Assembly (NCBI RefSeq): GCF_006345805.1
Contig: NC_043008.1
Coordinates: 31,930,001 to 31,994,000 of the forward strand
From: Octopus sinensis
Taxonomy: Eukaryota
Direction of reading: 5' to 3'
Length of the DNA: 64,000 nucleotides
Below are positions 44,950-59,339 of this stretch, piece by piece. How positions within the stretch are numbered: position 1 is the stretch's first letter; the number at the start of each line of letters is the position of its first letter. The notes below the pieces were generated by a model. It was not told the DNA's origin, searched no databases, and saw only the letters and a list, made by a program, of their open reading frames with translations. The position numbers and the translations under genes are program-made.

Positions 44950-45760
44950 ATTTTGGGAGGTGTTGAAAGAGCAGGTAGATTCCACCCTTACATACGTAAG
45001 AGGTCTGATAATAGGGATTTGATCTGGTATAATATTCCCTTCAACTGTGCCATATCCACAAACATATATAAGAAATTTATGGCAATTTTAGAAAAAAGTT
45101 TCTCTGCTTCCTGTAGCTATAACAGAATTTTTTCCCGTAAGACAGAATCTCGTATTCTACCCTCCCCAATATGAGTACCATCATAGCAAGGTTAAATAGA
45201 AAGAATATAAAATCGGCAAGAGGTGTTAATAATATTACTGTCAACACTAGCTTAAACCCCTACAATGAGAATAATATTAATAGTAATGTAAGAATTAGAA
45301 ACAGCAGTATTAACACATCTAATATATAGAATATAGACTGTAACTCTGAGGTTTATACTAGCACAGAGATTACTGACACAACACTTGTTGATGCTGAGAT
45401 GAATTTGAATCATACTACAGTTGAAGGAAATATAAATAATAATAGAAATAAAAATAAGACATATGATAGTAGTAGTAGGATTAATAATAATAATGATGAT
45501 GATTGGAATATCAATATTAATAGTAGTAATTCTCTTGGTTGCAATTGTAGAGTTAAATCTCACAGTCCATTAGACCGATGTCTAATCCAAAACAATTTAT
45601 AAATGTACAATCATAACTTAGGCTGCTAACTTTATATATATAGGATGTTCGATATATATGAAAAAACGTATCAATATCCATTTTTCATCTTTTAGATTTA
45701 AACATAAAGCCAATTGTACATCCTTATCTAGCAATATTTGGTAACTAAAGGAAAGCAGGA
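44950..45760 (+). mobile_element. Penelope-like element relic (thumb, CxC linker, GIY-YIG)
   Basis: RDLIWYNIPFNCAISTNIYKKF, GCNCRVKSHSPLDRCL, FIYIGCSIYMKKRINIHFSSF. Confidence 0.75.
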
Positions 45761-46410
45761 TTGAATTTAGCCTTAAATGGGATATAATTTGGAAAGTGCA
45801 GCTTTATAGAGATATTCGATATGGGTGTGAGCTGTGCTCTATGGAAACTTATGAGATTTTTAAGTATAGGAATAATAACAACCTGATTAATAATAGATTA
45901 GACCTAAGGGTATCATGCATACATAGTGTCACCCATACATTTAAGTATTTTTGAAATTAGCAATTATAAATGCCATACTTGAACTTTGATGGTGGAAATT
46001 AATTTTCATGTTGTATCTATTGTAAACTTACCCTCTAGTATTATACATAATAAAATTATGGGATATGGTGAATTAAATTGCATTGCATATGTCATAAGCT
46101 ATATGTTATGGTATGTGGTGTGCTATATGTAATTACTATCCCATGAAAACACCTGCCTAGTTAGTTTGACTTCATCATATTTTTGGTGATTAAACTATTT
46201 GTTCCTTTCTATGATGTTCTACCCTTCTGATCATATTATGTATATTTGTAATGGCTTTTATGTAAGTAAGTCTCCTAATTATATACCCACTAGAAACTAT
46301 AACATCAGCAGAAGTGAGATCATTAAATAACTTGCAAAACAAAGAAAAAGACCCTTCAACTGAGTGAGACTATTGTAGAGAAGGATTGGCTTTATGGCAA
46401 GTTTTAAGAA

Positions 46411-46667
46411 CAGTGATTCTCAACCAGGGTCCACATGGCCTTTGGGGATCCATATAAGATTTTCTCATTAAAATTTATGAGCAATAAACTGGTTATTACT
46501 TCTACAATACACAAAATATTTTAACAATTTCTTTTATACAATTCCTAATAATATTTAATTATAAAAATATGGAATTCTTTTTATATTCCTTGAATGGCTA
46601 TGGAAGTCCAGTAGAATAAAATAGGAATCAAAGGAGTCCATAAGCCAAAAATGGTTGAGAAACACTG
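46411..46667. mobile_element. hAT/Charlie-like MITE
   Basis: TIRs CAGTGATTCTCAACC / GGTTGAGAAACACTG. Confidence 0.85.
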
Positions 46668-47679
46668 GTTCAGAGGTTAAAATTATGATCAAGGAACAGG
46701 CACAGATGGTGATGAGACGTTAGAGCATAACCCCAAGAAACAAGCTGGTGATTATAAGAGAGAATGCAGACAAAGAATTGGGAAATGTGGGTGAATAAGT
46801 TCAGTAGAGTGTAAGAGGAATGTGACAGATGGTTAGAGATGAAGTCTGGAGGTGAATGTAGTTAAGGGAGCAAGGTGGAGAAGGTGAAACTAAAAGGAGT
46901 AGCTTAGGAAGGAGGAGCACTAAGGTAGTGTGGAGAATAGAAGTATAATAAATCTGTAGGTCGGTCAGAAAAGAGGGAAATGATGTGGGGATGGTGAGAG
47001 AGAGAGATGCACAGTGACAGAGATGGATGTTGGTGGGGGGGTGCTATCGAGTGCTGGGGACAAAGGTGGATCTATGTTCTGTTGAAGTTCTATGTTCTGT
47101 TGAAGTTGATATACAACAGTGATGAGAATGATGTTAGATAAGTGGGGTTATTAATGAAGAGGTACATCAGTCCTACTATAAAGCTCAGAGGATAGAGAGG
47201 GAGAGAGATAACTGAAGGTATTGAGAAGGGTGATCAATGGAAAATAGAGTGGGAAGGGATGATATTGAGAATAAGGGATGAACTTTAAAGGAAATGGTTT
47301 CAAGAAGAGGAGGAGGTAACTGGTAGCACAAAGAAGGGATGAAATATGTGCAGACTTTGCTCTCATATTGACTACATAAACTTAATAGTGCTGTGGTTGT
47401 AAGAGTGGAGAGATGAGTGTTAGGAAGATGAGAGGTGAAGTAAGCTTGAAGGGGACAAATTGGATGCAGGGGCAGGGCCCAGTGAATGTACAGTAGTACA
47501 CATACTGCTTTTAGAAATTTTTGTTGCAACAAATGCATCTTCTTAAATATAGTGATTTGCATATGATTCTGGTCTCTTGTCATCATCTCCACATGGCACA
47601 ACTTCCTGAGGCTGACCTTTACTACTTCATCTCATCACTTCCTGGTCTCCTTCTTTCACAACTTCTATCTACTTTGAGT

Positions 47680-48040
47680 GATCAGTACAGCTGTTCTCAT
47701 CGATATGGTTTGCATGTTCATACCAGTGCAGTCTTCTCTCTAGCACATTACATTTGATTCCCCTTACATCCAGTTTTTCTCTCAACACAATTGCATTTTG
47801 TTTTACATGCACAGTGGTATCACTCATCCAATAGAACATGCTAGCTTCATTTCTTTCTGGTCTTTGCATGTCATCTGCATTCAGGCCCCACATATCACAA
47901 CCATGTAGCACTGTTGTTCATACTCAAATATCATACAATCTGTCTTTCACTCTGAGAAAGTGAGAGAGAGACCTTTTGTTCTCAACAGAGGTAATAGCTC
48001 TCTAAATTCTCCCCATTTGTTCTTATTCCAGAAACCTTTC
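47680..48040 (-). mobile_element. RTE LINE C-terminal relic
   Basis: MLHGCDMWGLN..ERNEASM..LREKLDVRGI..RRLHWYEH. Confidence 0.8.
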
Positions 48041-48635
48041 TTTCAGAATATTCTCCTCTTGAGCATTCAAGAAAATTTATTTGTTGTGTTTACTTAATGT
48101 TTATTACTTCTCTATATAAAGTTTACTTTATACTTCCTGAAATTTCATTGTATTTCTTGTGCATCTATAAATTACACTGAGTGCACCATATGAAACTTCT
48201 ATGTATACTTTTCTCATATACTGAGCAGGGCTTTTTCCGGAAAGGAGTAGAGTCCTGTTTGTTTTCCTAATTACTAGAACTTTGGACTTGCCCTCTGATT
48301 CTAGTTTTTACTTCTACATCAGAAATTTGTTTTCTATCTACTTCACAGTTTGCTCTAAGAACTCAGTCATTTGCAATGTAAAACCAGTTCCCAAGAACAA
48401 CTGGTTTTAAAATCTTCTGTTATGGACAGGGGTACTGTGATGAATAGCTGGAGACTGAAAACCTAACCCTAGTGAACTCTTATTTGTATACTAAATTCAT
48501 TTCTAAACTTGCTAATTCTTACTGCTTGTAAGGTTGACACAAGTCATTTGTCTACCTCAGGAGCCATCAGATCACAGGTGAAGGACCCTGTTGAAGGCTT
48601 ACTCCAGTTCAATGAATGCAAGTACAGTGATTCAC

Positions 48636-48666
<31 letters not shown>

Positions 48667-49081
48667 ATGTGTATGTGTGTGTGTGTGTGTATGTGTGTGC
48701 GTGCACGTGTATGTGTGTGTGTGTGCATGCATGCAAAGTTAAGGTGCTTACCACCTATGATATATCACTTATTTTTGTATCTACACTTACATACACACAC
48801 ATATATAAACATATATAAATATGCACAACTTCATCTGATTTATGAAAGCCATCTTTTCCTTTTAAACCTATTTCCTCACCTGAAAAAAGCTTTTTTCATT
48901 AACAAATAATTAATTTCTAATACATCTCATGACAAAATACCTTTTGTGTTTAATATGAGTAATACTATCAGTATGTATTTGTTTGTATTCGTAAATATAT
49001 GTCTATACATATATGAATGCCTGTGTAGATGTTTTTGTACAGATAAGTACTTACACATATACACATGTAAATACATACACA

Positions 49082-49113
<32 letters not shown>

Positions 49114-50476
49114 GGAAAAATATTAATATTTGTGCTCTAATCAATACTTACATCTTATAAGTAGTTAGTTCCAAATTTTTCCCATTTGCTCATCTTTTTA
49201 CTGGGTATTTGCCAAACAATTTCACTAAATCATTTTCCATGTCTTTTCCAGCCTTTATTTCAACATCTTTTAACCTAAGATCTTACAAATTTTTGGTGGG
49301 AATGTCACAGTTAATCTTTTGTGGATAAACTCATCCAGGTTGTAAATAACTGATAGCCATTGTCAGAAGTATATTTTTTTCCAAATTATTTAGTGTATAA
49401 GAATTTTTTCAAAGATTTTAATTACTTCAAACTCATTAATGGTATTCTAGAGATTAGTGGAGTGGGAGAGCAGCTGAATATTAAAGTAGGACAAATAGCA
49501 ATACTTTAAAAAAAAATAAAAGTCATTTATTTAAATTACTGTATACAATGGTTGCAAGTAGAGCAGAAAACATGAAACCGGCCTAGAATAAACATACAGT
49601 TGCTTTGAATGAGATATAACCATAACATTATAATAACAACCAAGTAAAACACTCAAAACTTGTTGGGGCTGCTGTCGTTCCACTTGACTTCAACTGTGAG
49701 GTTGTATAAGCCGCTGTTGTATCCCTCTCATTTTCTTGACTCAGCTGTTGCCAGCTCCCTACGGTGTTGGGTAACACTCTGTTTCCTACCCTTTCAACTT
49801 GATGTAATTCTGCTATAGACTGTTGTACTTTAACATAAAATGAACACTGACAGATTAGCATCAGCTCCTAAACAATTATAAAACAATTAGCTGCTATATA
49901 TTGCTGACACCGAGGAGAAATGCGGGTGATTTATGTATTACTTTCCCTCTAAACTAAAGGCTGTAAAACTGAAAGTAACTATCATCATCATCATTGTCAT
50001 CATCAGTTAATGTCCATTGTCCATGCTGGCATGGGTTGGACAGTTTAACAAGGGCTGGTAAGCTGAGGAGCTGCACCAGACTCCAGTTGTGTGACACCAG
50101 TATTTGCCATGATTACAATTTCACTTGGCTTGATATGTTATTTTGTACCACACAACCAAAATAATTTATCCCACTTTATCATTTAACATCTTTTACAGGT
50201 TTCAGTCACGTACTAGGTTTTGAAGGTTTTAGTTGAGCACATTGACCTTAGTACTTATTTTCACATTGACATAAACAAACCAGCACTGGTTGTCAAGCAC
50301 TGGTGATGATGCCACGTAAAAAGCACCCAGTATACTTTGTAAAGTGGTTGGCATTAAAAAAAGGCATCCAGCTGTAGAAGCCATGCCAAAGTAAACATTG
50401 GAACCTTGTGTGGTCCCTAACCTTGCCAGCTCCTGTCATCTGTCCAAACCATGCCAGCATGGAAAACGGATTTTAA

Positions 50477-50508
<32 letters not shown>

Positions 50509-51048
50509 GATGGTAGTGGTGGTGGTGGTGGTGGTGGTGGTGATGGTAGTGGTGGTGGTGGTGGTGATCACAAGGCTTTCATAAGGATAGGGATATAGTT
50601 AAAGACACTTGTTCATGGTGCCATGCAGTGGGGCTAAACCCAGAACCACATGGTTGGGAAGCAAGTTTCTTGCCACACAGCCATGCTTGTGCTTATGGAC
50701 TTTTGTAGACTTTTGTATAATTGCTGTTTTGTCAACATCACCAGATTTCAAAAAAATCATCCAATTTCACATTTGTGTACGATACAAAGGGTAAGTTGGT
50801 ATTATGATGTAAAGTATTTGAAAGCTAACTAGAAATAATAATGTATGGATACGAGTAGATAGACAGAGTAAGAAACAGAGTGTGAAACAGACAGAGTGAG
50901 AGACAGACAGAAAGAGATGGAAGGAGAAATCAACTACATTAGTCTTAATATACTTAAGACAGGGAGTATTTGTTGATGATAATGATGATGGTGGTGGTGG
51001 TGGTGGTGGTGAGAAGGAGGAGGCAAGCCCATAAGATAGATAAACTAA

Positions 51049-51234
51049 GTCGCAGGAGTGGCTGTGTGGTAAGCAGCTTGCTTACAGACCACATGGCTCC
51101 AGGTTCATTCCCACAGTGTGGCACCTTGAGCAAGTGTCTTCTATTATAGCCTCGGGCCGACCAAAGCCTTGTGAGTGGATTTGGTAGACGGAAACTGATA
51201 GAAGCCCGTCGTATATATGTATGTATATATATAT

Positions 51235-51288
<54 letters not shown>

Positions 51289-51503
51289 TGTGTATATGTT
51301 TGTGTGTCTGTGTTTGTCCCACCAACATCACTTGACAACTGATGCTGGTGTGTTTACGTCCCCGTAACTTAGCAGTTCAGCAAAAAGAGATCGATAGAAT
51401 AAGTACTAAGCTTCCAAAGAATAAGTCCTGGGGTTGATTTGCTTGACTTAAGGCGGTGCTCCAGCATGGCCACAGTCAAATGACTGAAACAAGTAAAAGA
51501 GTA
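51049..51503 (+). mobile_element. SINE family A, full length
   Basis: All segments with an expanded internal (TA)n. Confidence 0.9.
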
Positions 51504-52092
51504 AGTTAATGATAACATATTTAAGACATAGCTAACTAGAAATATGCTATGAAGGAGAAAGATTATTAGTCAAATGCCAATATTACATTTTTTTGTTTTT
51601 TCAGATAAGTATGGAAGAGAACTTGAGATATGTTTTCAGTCTTATTCTGACCTCACCATCAAAACATAAACTTCATATGCATTTGCAGAAGCACTGATGA
51701 ATGAAACATTAAATAAATGTCAAAGATTATATACTTATATTGAAAGAAAACAGAAGTGTTTAGTGAATAATAATATTCAAGGATACCATTTGCAAGAGAA
51801 ACAATAGTTAAGCTGAAGAGCTCAGAATAAGACTGAACCATGTATGGAGTTGTTGCTCAGCACTTGTTCAGAAAATGAAAGAAATAATATAAATCTTTGC
51901 CTAATACCAGATTTTTTCACACATACATAATGCTAATTTTTAATTAATTTTCTAATGGTTCTATATATTAAATACATTTAACACTAACTTAATGTTTGCT
52001 ATGAGGATAGGTCATCTGAAATATGATATGCTCAAATCTGTCATTTTATATATACTCCCTTTCTGCGACTCTCCTCTTTTTATTTTATACTG

Positions 52093-52125
<33 letters not shown>

Positions 52126-52539
52126 TGTGAGTGTGTGTGTGTGTGTTTGTTATATGTATCTATATGTATATATATTTTATGTGCATGTATATATACATAA
52201 TGTGAGTTTGTATGTGTCTGTACGTGTGTATATGCATTTTTAGGTTTACCATTCCATGCCTTTCTTTGAAGAAATGTTATCACAGAACCACTTAGAAAAA
52301 GAATGAAGTGATATCTAAAGTTTGAAGAATAAATAAATAAATAATAAAAACAAAGAAGAAATACAACAACAATAAGGTTTGCAAAAATATGAATTTCATT
52401 TAATGACTCATAAATGCCATTTTCACAAACAGAAGAAAGTAGGAAGTTTCTTGATGAAATTCACATCATGGTGACCAGTCTTTATGTATACATGCATATA
52501 CACAAATGTACACACAAAAACAAACTCACACACCTACTT

Positions 52540-52900
52540 ACCTACATACATACATAATACACACACATACACATACATATATACATACATACATACATAC
52601 ATACATACATACATACATACATACATACATACATACATACATACATACATTCATACATACATACATACATACATACATACATACATACATACAGACATAC
52701 ATATATACATACATACATACATACATACATACATACATACATACATACAGACAGACAGACATACATACATACATACATACATACATACATACATACATAC
52801 ATACATACAGACATACATAATACATACATACATAATACATACATAACATACATACATACATACATACATACATACATACATACATACATACATACATACA

Positions 52901-52934
<34 letters not shown>

Positions 52935-52948
52935 CATACATACATACA

Positions 52949-52982
<34 letters not shown>

Positions 52983-53102
52983 CATACATACATACATACA
53001 TACATACATACATAATACATACATACATACAGACATACATATATACATACATACATACATACATACATACATACATACATACATACATACATACACACAC
53101 AC
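52540..53102. repeat. (TACA)n microsatellite, about 560 bp
   Basis: Read directly. Confidence 0.97.
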
Positions 53103-53479
53103 AACTGGCTTTCATGAGAATTTTCTGGAAAGTCACTTCAAGGAGCAGATAGTAAAAATATACAAGTCTTTCACTATGTGACTTCAGCAAAGCTGCTGGT
53201 TTCTAAGTTTATATTGTCTCAGTTTCAATGCTGGAACCTCATTTCTCACATACAAATAGAATTTTCTGTTTTTCTTTGAGAAATTCTAGAAGAGAACATA
53301 GACACACACACACATTCTATAAATATATATATATATACATATGTAATTTTATATTATATGTATACAACATATAATTATATTTTAAATATACATGTACATA
53401 TATACATACATATATGCATATATATATATATACACACACACACATATATACATATAAACACACATATATATACATATAC

Positions 53480-53514
<35 letters not shown>

Positions 53515-53515
<1 letters not shown>

Positions 53516-53727
53516 TCTTACTCTCTTTTGCTCTTTTACTTGTTTCAGTCATTTGACTGCGGCCATGCTGGAGCACCGCCTTTAGTCGAGTAAACTCGAT
53601 CCCGGGTCTTATTCTTTTTGTAAGCCCAGTACTTATTCTATCGGTCTCTTTTTGCCGAACCGCTAAGTGACGGGGACGTAAACACACCAGCATCGGTTGT
53701 CAAGCAATGCTAGGGGAACAAACACAA

Positions 53728-53758
<31 letters not shown>

Positions 53759-53860
53759 CATATATACGACAGGCTTCTTTCAGTTTCCGTCTACCAAATC
53801 CACTCACAAGGCATTGGTCGGCCCGGGGCTATAGCAGAAGACACTTGCCCAAGATGCCAC
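53515..53860 (-). mobile_element. SINE family A embedded in a (TA/CA)n field (53330-54240)
   Basis: Head replaced by microsatellite. Confidence 0.85.
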
Positions 53861-53878
53861 ATATATATATATATATAA

Positions 53879-53913
<35 letters not shown>

Positions 53914-54002
53914 TATACATACATTATATATATGCATATACGTATACATATAAACACACACATATATACTTATATATATAAATACACATATACATATACA
54001 TT

Positions 54003-54057
<55 letters not shown>

Positions 54058-54620
54058 TACACACACACACACGCACACATATATATTTACGTTGTGAGTA
54101 TGTGTGTGCATATATACACATATATATGTTTATGCATATATATGTATCATACATAATACATAATGTATATATGTGTGTGTGTGTATGTGTGTGTCTATAT
54201 GTATAAACATATAAACACACACACACACACACACAAGACAGTGAAAATTTATGAAACCAGGAGAAGCATTATGTTATCAGGATTTCATAAAATACTTTAT
54301 CATAAACATACTGAAATCAACTTTGAACCAGTATTTTTTATTCTTACGATATACAATAGAAGTGATTAAATGTTTAAACATCTAGGATTATAAAATGAAA
54401 AATTTCCACTCTTTTAACCTCATCTATGGAGATGAAATGTCTTTTTTTACTATTTGCATTTATGCTGTAATTATAAGTCATAATCTTTCATTATAATTCC
54501 ATTCGTATCTTGGAAGCATAACTGTTTATTCTCTGAAGACTAGGTTAATAGTAAAAACAAATTATAAGTATTATCAATAATGGTTAAGTGATTCAGTCAA
54601 CATGGTATTTCTTTTATAAT

Positions 54621-54829
54621 TTTTCTTTTACTTGTTTCAGTTGTGAGACCATGGCCATGCTGGGGCACTGCCTTGAAGAATCTTTAATCAAACGAATTAA
54701 CACCAGTACGTTTTTTTTTAAAGCCTGGTACTTATTCTATTCATCTCTTTTGCTGAACCATTAAGTGACGTGGACGTAAACACACCAGCATCGGTTGTCA
54801 AGCGATGTTGGGGGACAAACACACGCACA

Positions 54830-54882
<53 letters not shown>

Positions 54883-55236
54883 ACGCACACACACGCACAC
54901 ACACGCACACACACATATATACGACAGGCTTCTTTCAGTTTCCGTCTACCAAATCTACTCACAAGGCTTTGGTTGGCCCGAAGCTATAGTAGAAGACATT
55001 TGCCCAAGGTGCTATGCAGTGGGACTGAACCCGGAGCCATGTGGTTGGTAAGCAAGCTACTTACCACACAGCCACTCCTGCACCAATATATGTATGTATA
55101 TATAATCGACACATAAGGCTTTGGTCAGCCTAAGTTTATAGTAGAAGACACTTGCTCAAGGTGCCATGCAGTAGGACTGAACCCAGAATCAAATGGGTGG
55201 GAAGCAAACTTCTTACCGTACAGCTGCACTTGCACC
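54621..55236 (-). mobile_element. SINE family A (54621-55083) plus an adjacent 5' half copy (55112-55236)
   Basis: Reverse-complement family A segments. Confidence 0.85.
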
Positions 55237-55460
55237 TATTTGTTTGATTTTGTTGTACAGCAGAGACAATTCTTTAGTCTAGCCAAAGATATGGCATCTT
55301 CCCTTGTACTAGATAAAATGCACCAAGAAGATTCTGTAAAGAAGTTGCCCTTAGGAAGAACAATGAGTCATAGAAATCATGCCAAAATTGGGTCTGTTTC
55401 AGCAGGATATGATCACCAATTCTGCCAACATAGAAAAGTGAATGTACGATAATGACAATG

Positions 55461-55497
<37 letters not shown>

Positions 55498-56239
55498 CAC
55501 ACATTTATGTATATTTCTATATATATGCATATACATACATACACTTGTATTCGCAAATGCACATACACCTATATTATTTTTAATCAGCATAAGTTACAAA
55601 CAACTTTTGATCCTTGCATCACTTACAAACTTCTGCCAATTAAAAATAATAACAAAAATGTATATACACATTTTGCATACTATTTATCCTGCTTATTCTA
55701 CCAATCTTTTTATATATATTTATGCAAATATAAAATATTTGAAGAAAAGAAGGGTAAAGATACAGCTTGCTAAAAATCAATGAGAAAGCTTAAAAAAAAC
55801 ACCAATTCTACGATAAATACACACACAAGCAATGTAATGAATATTTTTAAAAATAGACCTACTTTCAGGATGGAATATGAAGGCAGCTAATATATATCCC
55901 AATATCAATTGACTTCATGCTGTGCATGAGAAACATACTCTGCAATCCTCAGTTGGAAATAGTATTTGACATCTATTTCTAAAATATTCCTTACGTCAAC
56001 TCGTGTGCATTTCTAACTTTAAACGTCCTGCTCCGTTTAAAGAGAAAACTATCATAAACAATAAAAAAGTAAATCTGTAAAGTATCATTACTATTAAAAA
56101 CAGTTATAATGAGGTGGCTAGCAAGACTTCTACTTAAACAGGTATAATATAAAATACTTGAAGAAAAGAAGGATAAAGATACCACTTGCTAAAAATCAAA
56201 GCAAAAGCTTAAAAAGACACCAATTCTATGATAAATATG

Positions 56240-56298
56240 ATCATACTGATGAGCTACAGACAAGTACATAAGTGGTAATAGCGAAATTGGTTTGTGAT
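56240..56298 (+). ncRNA. Degenerate Penelope-type hammerhead relic
   Basis: ATCATA-CTGATGA-GCTA...TAGC-GAAA-TTGGT-T-TGTGAT; stem I 6 bp with one G.U; stem III looks like a decayed ACCGGT palindrome. Confidence 0.55.
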
Positions 56299-58174
56299 TA
56301 ATCTATATTTTGTTTCTTTTCATTTGTCTTGCTTGCTTACATCCTGGTGTTTGCTAAATTTTCTTGAGAACATTCCTTTCTTAGTGGTAAGACCATAGTG
56401 GTTCTACTTCTAGCATAATGAATGTCCACATGGTGGTCATCCCACTTATATGTATGTAATATAATTTTTCTGAATCTTCAGATTTTAATATGCTAGACCA
56501 CTGGTTTTAAATTGATATTAATCAAATTAATATTCAATTTTTCACCCTTATTATTTTAAATATATACATACATAGATATATATATGTATGTACGGCGGTG
56601 CATTAGCATGGCTTCAGCTCAAAGCTTGAAGAAAAATATATATATATATATAAACGCACAATCATTTATTATATACAAGCAGTAATATCTGTCGTTGATC
56701 AGGTATTTACTTTTACAGTTTCTCGGGAGCCACATTCAAAAATATTATTATATATATAATTTACTCCTCCTGCATGTGTATATTTTTATAAGAAAAAAAT
56801 ATGTAATAATTGAAAGTAATTCACTATAGAAACCAGAAGTAATGAGACTATAGCAGGGCGATGGATGCTTGCCAAGAAGAAAACTTGGGTGCCAATGTGG
56901 GACTAGTGAAGATCTATTAACGTAATATCTTTGTAGTGAGATATGTCGCGACTTTAGAAAGTTTATTTTGTTGATCCTTAGAGGTATATTTTGCTGTTCA
57001 TTTGTTATTCTGCATCGACTTTCAGTCTGCAGGAGGGTATTTGTAGTGAGATATGCTAGCACTATTTTGTTGTGGCGGCATAGCACAGTGGTGCTATGCT
57101 TATTTCATCCAATTACTGCTGGCTGCAGAAGAATAAATGTGGCAACTTCCGCCCAGCAGTGAAGTGCGCCTTTTTCAAATGCAAAAGTTAGTTGCTGATA
57201 GAATGTTGGGAAGGAAACATCAATTGCTGATTGAACCTTCAGTTGACTAATCAAGTTACTGATTTAACGCCAATTAATAAATATCATTTTTACTGCTATG
57301 GGACTTCTACCTTGCTTCGCAACTAAACTACATAACTCATTGGATTTTTGTATAAGTTTACACCTTGCAGCTCTTAAGTACCGAATCTAATTACCTCGGG
57401 AGTTATGGGAAAATTAATTTATGTCTCACACTACATCCTGTTTAGCTTTAACATTAATTACCTTGTGATATGCTTTCTACAGTGATATGTGTAAACTACC
57501 ATCAAAGAATAAATTGTTATATTTGATCTAACGAAAGAAACATGCCTTCAAATACATACGTTTGAAACCTTACACGCACACAACAAAATATTCTTTCTAA
57601 ATCTTCATCAACATGAGTGGTGGAACGAATTTAGAGATCATGGAATACTATTCACGAGTATTATTTTGTTCATCAGTAACTGATGCTTTTCCGTAAAGAT
57701 GATTGTTGTCATCTTGTATAAAATATATGTACGATTTTCATATTATAATAAATATATGTAGGTTCTATACATTATGAACACACAGTGTTTATATAAAATT
57801 TTGGGATGTCATTGTCCTCACTTCTGGTTTCCATTGCAATTTTCTTTCACTTTTTTACTATGTTAAACTGCATGTTAACTGCTTCTACTGCTTTTGCTTG
57901 TTATAACAACCAGATGTTACCGATTGATGTAACAGATGCAATGATGATTAGTATTATTAGCAAGTTAATTAAAATTTCATGCAACAATGCAATGTGCACC
58001 AAAAGAAATTTAACAGAAGGAAAAAGTAAGTTCTTGAGGATTCTAATTATCTATCATAATTCACCTTGTTAGGAACAGTGTATAGAGTCTGTAGTAGTCG
58101 TCTGTTTTCCAGCGGAAAAGGGTTGACAGTAACAATGACACTCACACAACTTTTGAGGAAATGCTTGTCAGATA

Positions 58175-59339
58175 TCTGTATCTATAAAAGGCACGATGTG
58201 TGTGTGTGTACGTGATTGTAATTTATGTACGTCCACAAATTAGCACACATGTCGCTCCAATTTTAGGAGGACATTCGTCAATATCCTACCTGGGTTTTGT
58301 CAACTTATTTTCTTCCCGAGGCACCCGTGGATAGTGGTAAAAATCTATTTTCAGCCATAGCTTTTACCAATTTTGAAGGTCGCTAACATGAGTTAAGTCC
58401 CTTCTAGCCATAGCCAAGCGATAGTATGTGTGTGAGGGAGAGAGAGAAGTTGTGTGTTGATGTATGTGTGTGTGTGTGAGGGAGAGAGTGTTTCACAACG
58501 TCTAACAAAAAAGTAAAGAAAAAGTATGTGTAAGGAAGAGTGGGAGATAGTTTAACAGCGTCTAACAAAAAAAAACAAGGTAAAGAAAAGGGGAAGAGAG
58601 CAGAGGATTTGACAGCGTCTAAAAAAACCAAAAGGTAAAGACAAAGTGAGAGAGAGAGAGAGTAAGTCACAGTGTTCACAAAAAATAAAATGTAAAATGT
58701 TTTGTTTTTTCTTAAACACGAGATATAGTGTTTAAATTTAGGATGTTTTTGAAAGATATTATATTTTATAATCAGATTATATATACTTTCTCACACAACA
58801 ATTACAATATATTTATTTTAAATCGTTCATCTTTTCCCCCCTCTCTCACACACACACATTACTTTGGGTGCGAAAGAGTTTTGTTTTTATTTTACGCCGA
58901 GTAAAAAGTGTTTTGTTGAGAATCCATTTATTTAACAACAAAGAAACAAAGAGGTAGGTAACAGTTTGTCAGTGAATTACACAATATAAATGGATACGAT
59001 TTCCGAGGCTTCCATCACACCCCACTCCGTTTTACGGACCACAAAAAGGGTTTTGTAGCATATTAGGAGGCCAGAGTAGTTGATTCCACGCAAAAAAAAA
59101 AACGATTTTTTTCTTAATGAAAATCGTGCGAGTGTTGATCTACAAATTTACCAACATTTTTCCATTCATTTCTGTTTATGAACATGTATGCGTGCAAAAA
59201 ACATATGCAATATATATAAACCAATTTCAACGGATTTCGTCCAAATTTGATTCGATATTACTTAGTTTGGTTTGAAATAAAACTTGATTAGCTTAATAAT
59301 CGTAACTTAATCCCGGGCAAGGCCGGGTTATACAGCTAG
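58175..59339 (+). mobile_element. Non-autonomous Helitron, 1165 bp
   Basis: A|TC start, hairpin cccgg-gcaagg-ccggg, CTAG|T end; internal tandem gtctaacaaaaaa repeats. Confidence 0.87.

Noticed and set aside
46700-47500. Purine-rich stretch resembling an antisense Penelope relic (also 31830-32300)
   Set aside because: I could not recover a diagnostic protein motif.
51690-51710. CTGATGAATGAAAC, and similar short motifs at 27226 (-), 54534 and 56465 (-)
   Set aside because: No stem II or flanking stems.
52484-53190. ORFs such as MYVCMYV.. and HTYIHTY..
   Set aside because: Translations of (TACA)n microsatellite; the same applies to 3860-4361 and 53358-54232.
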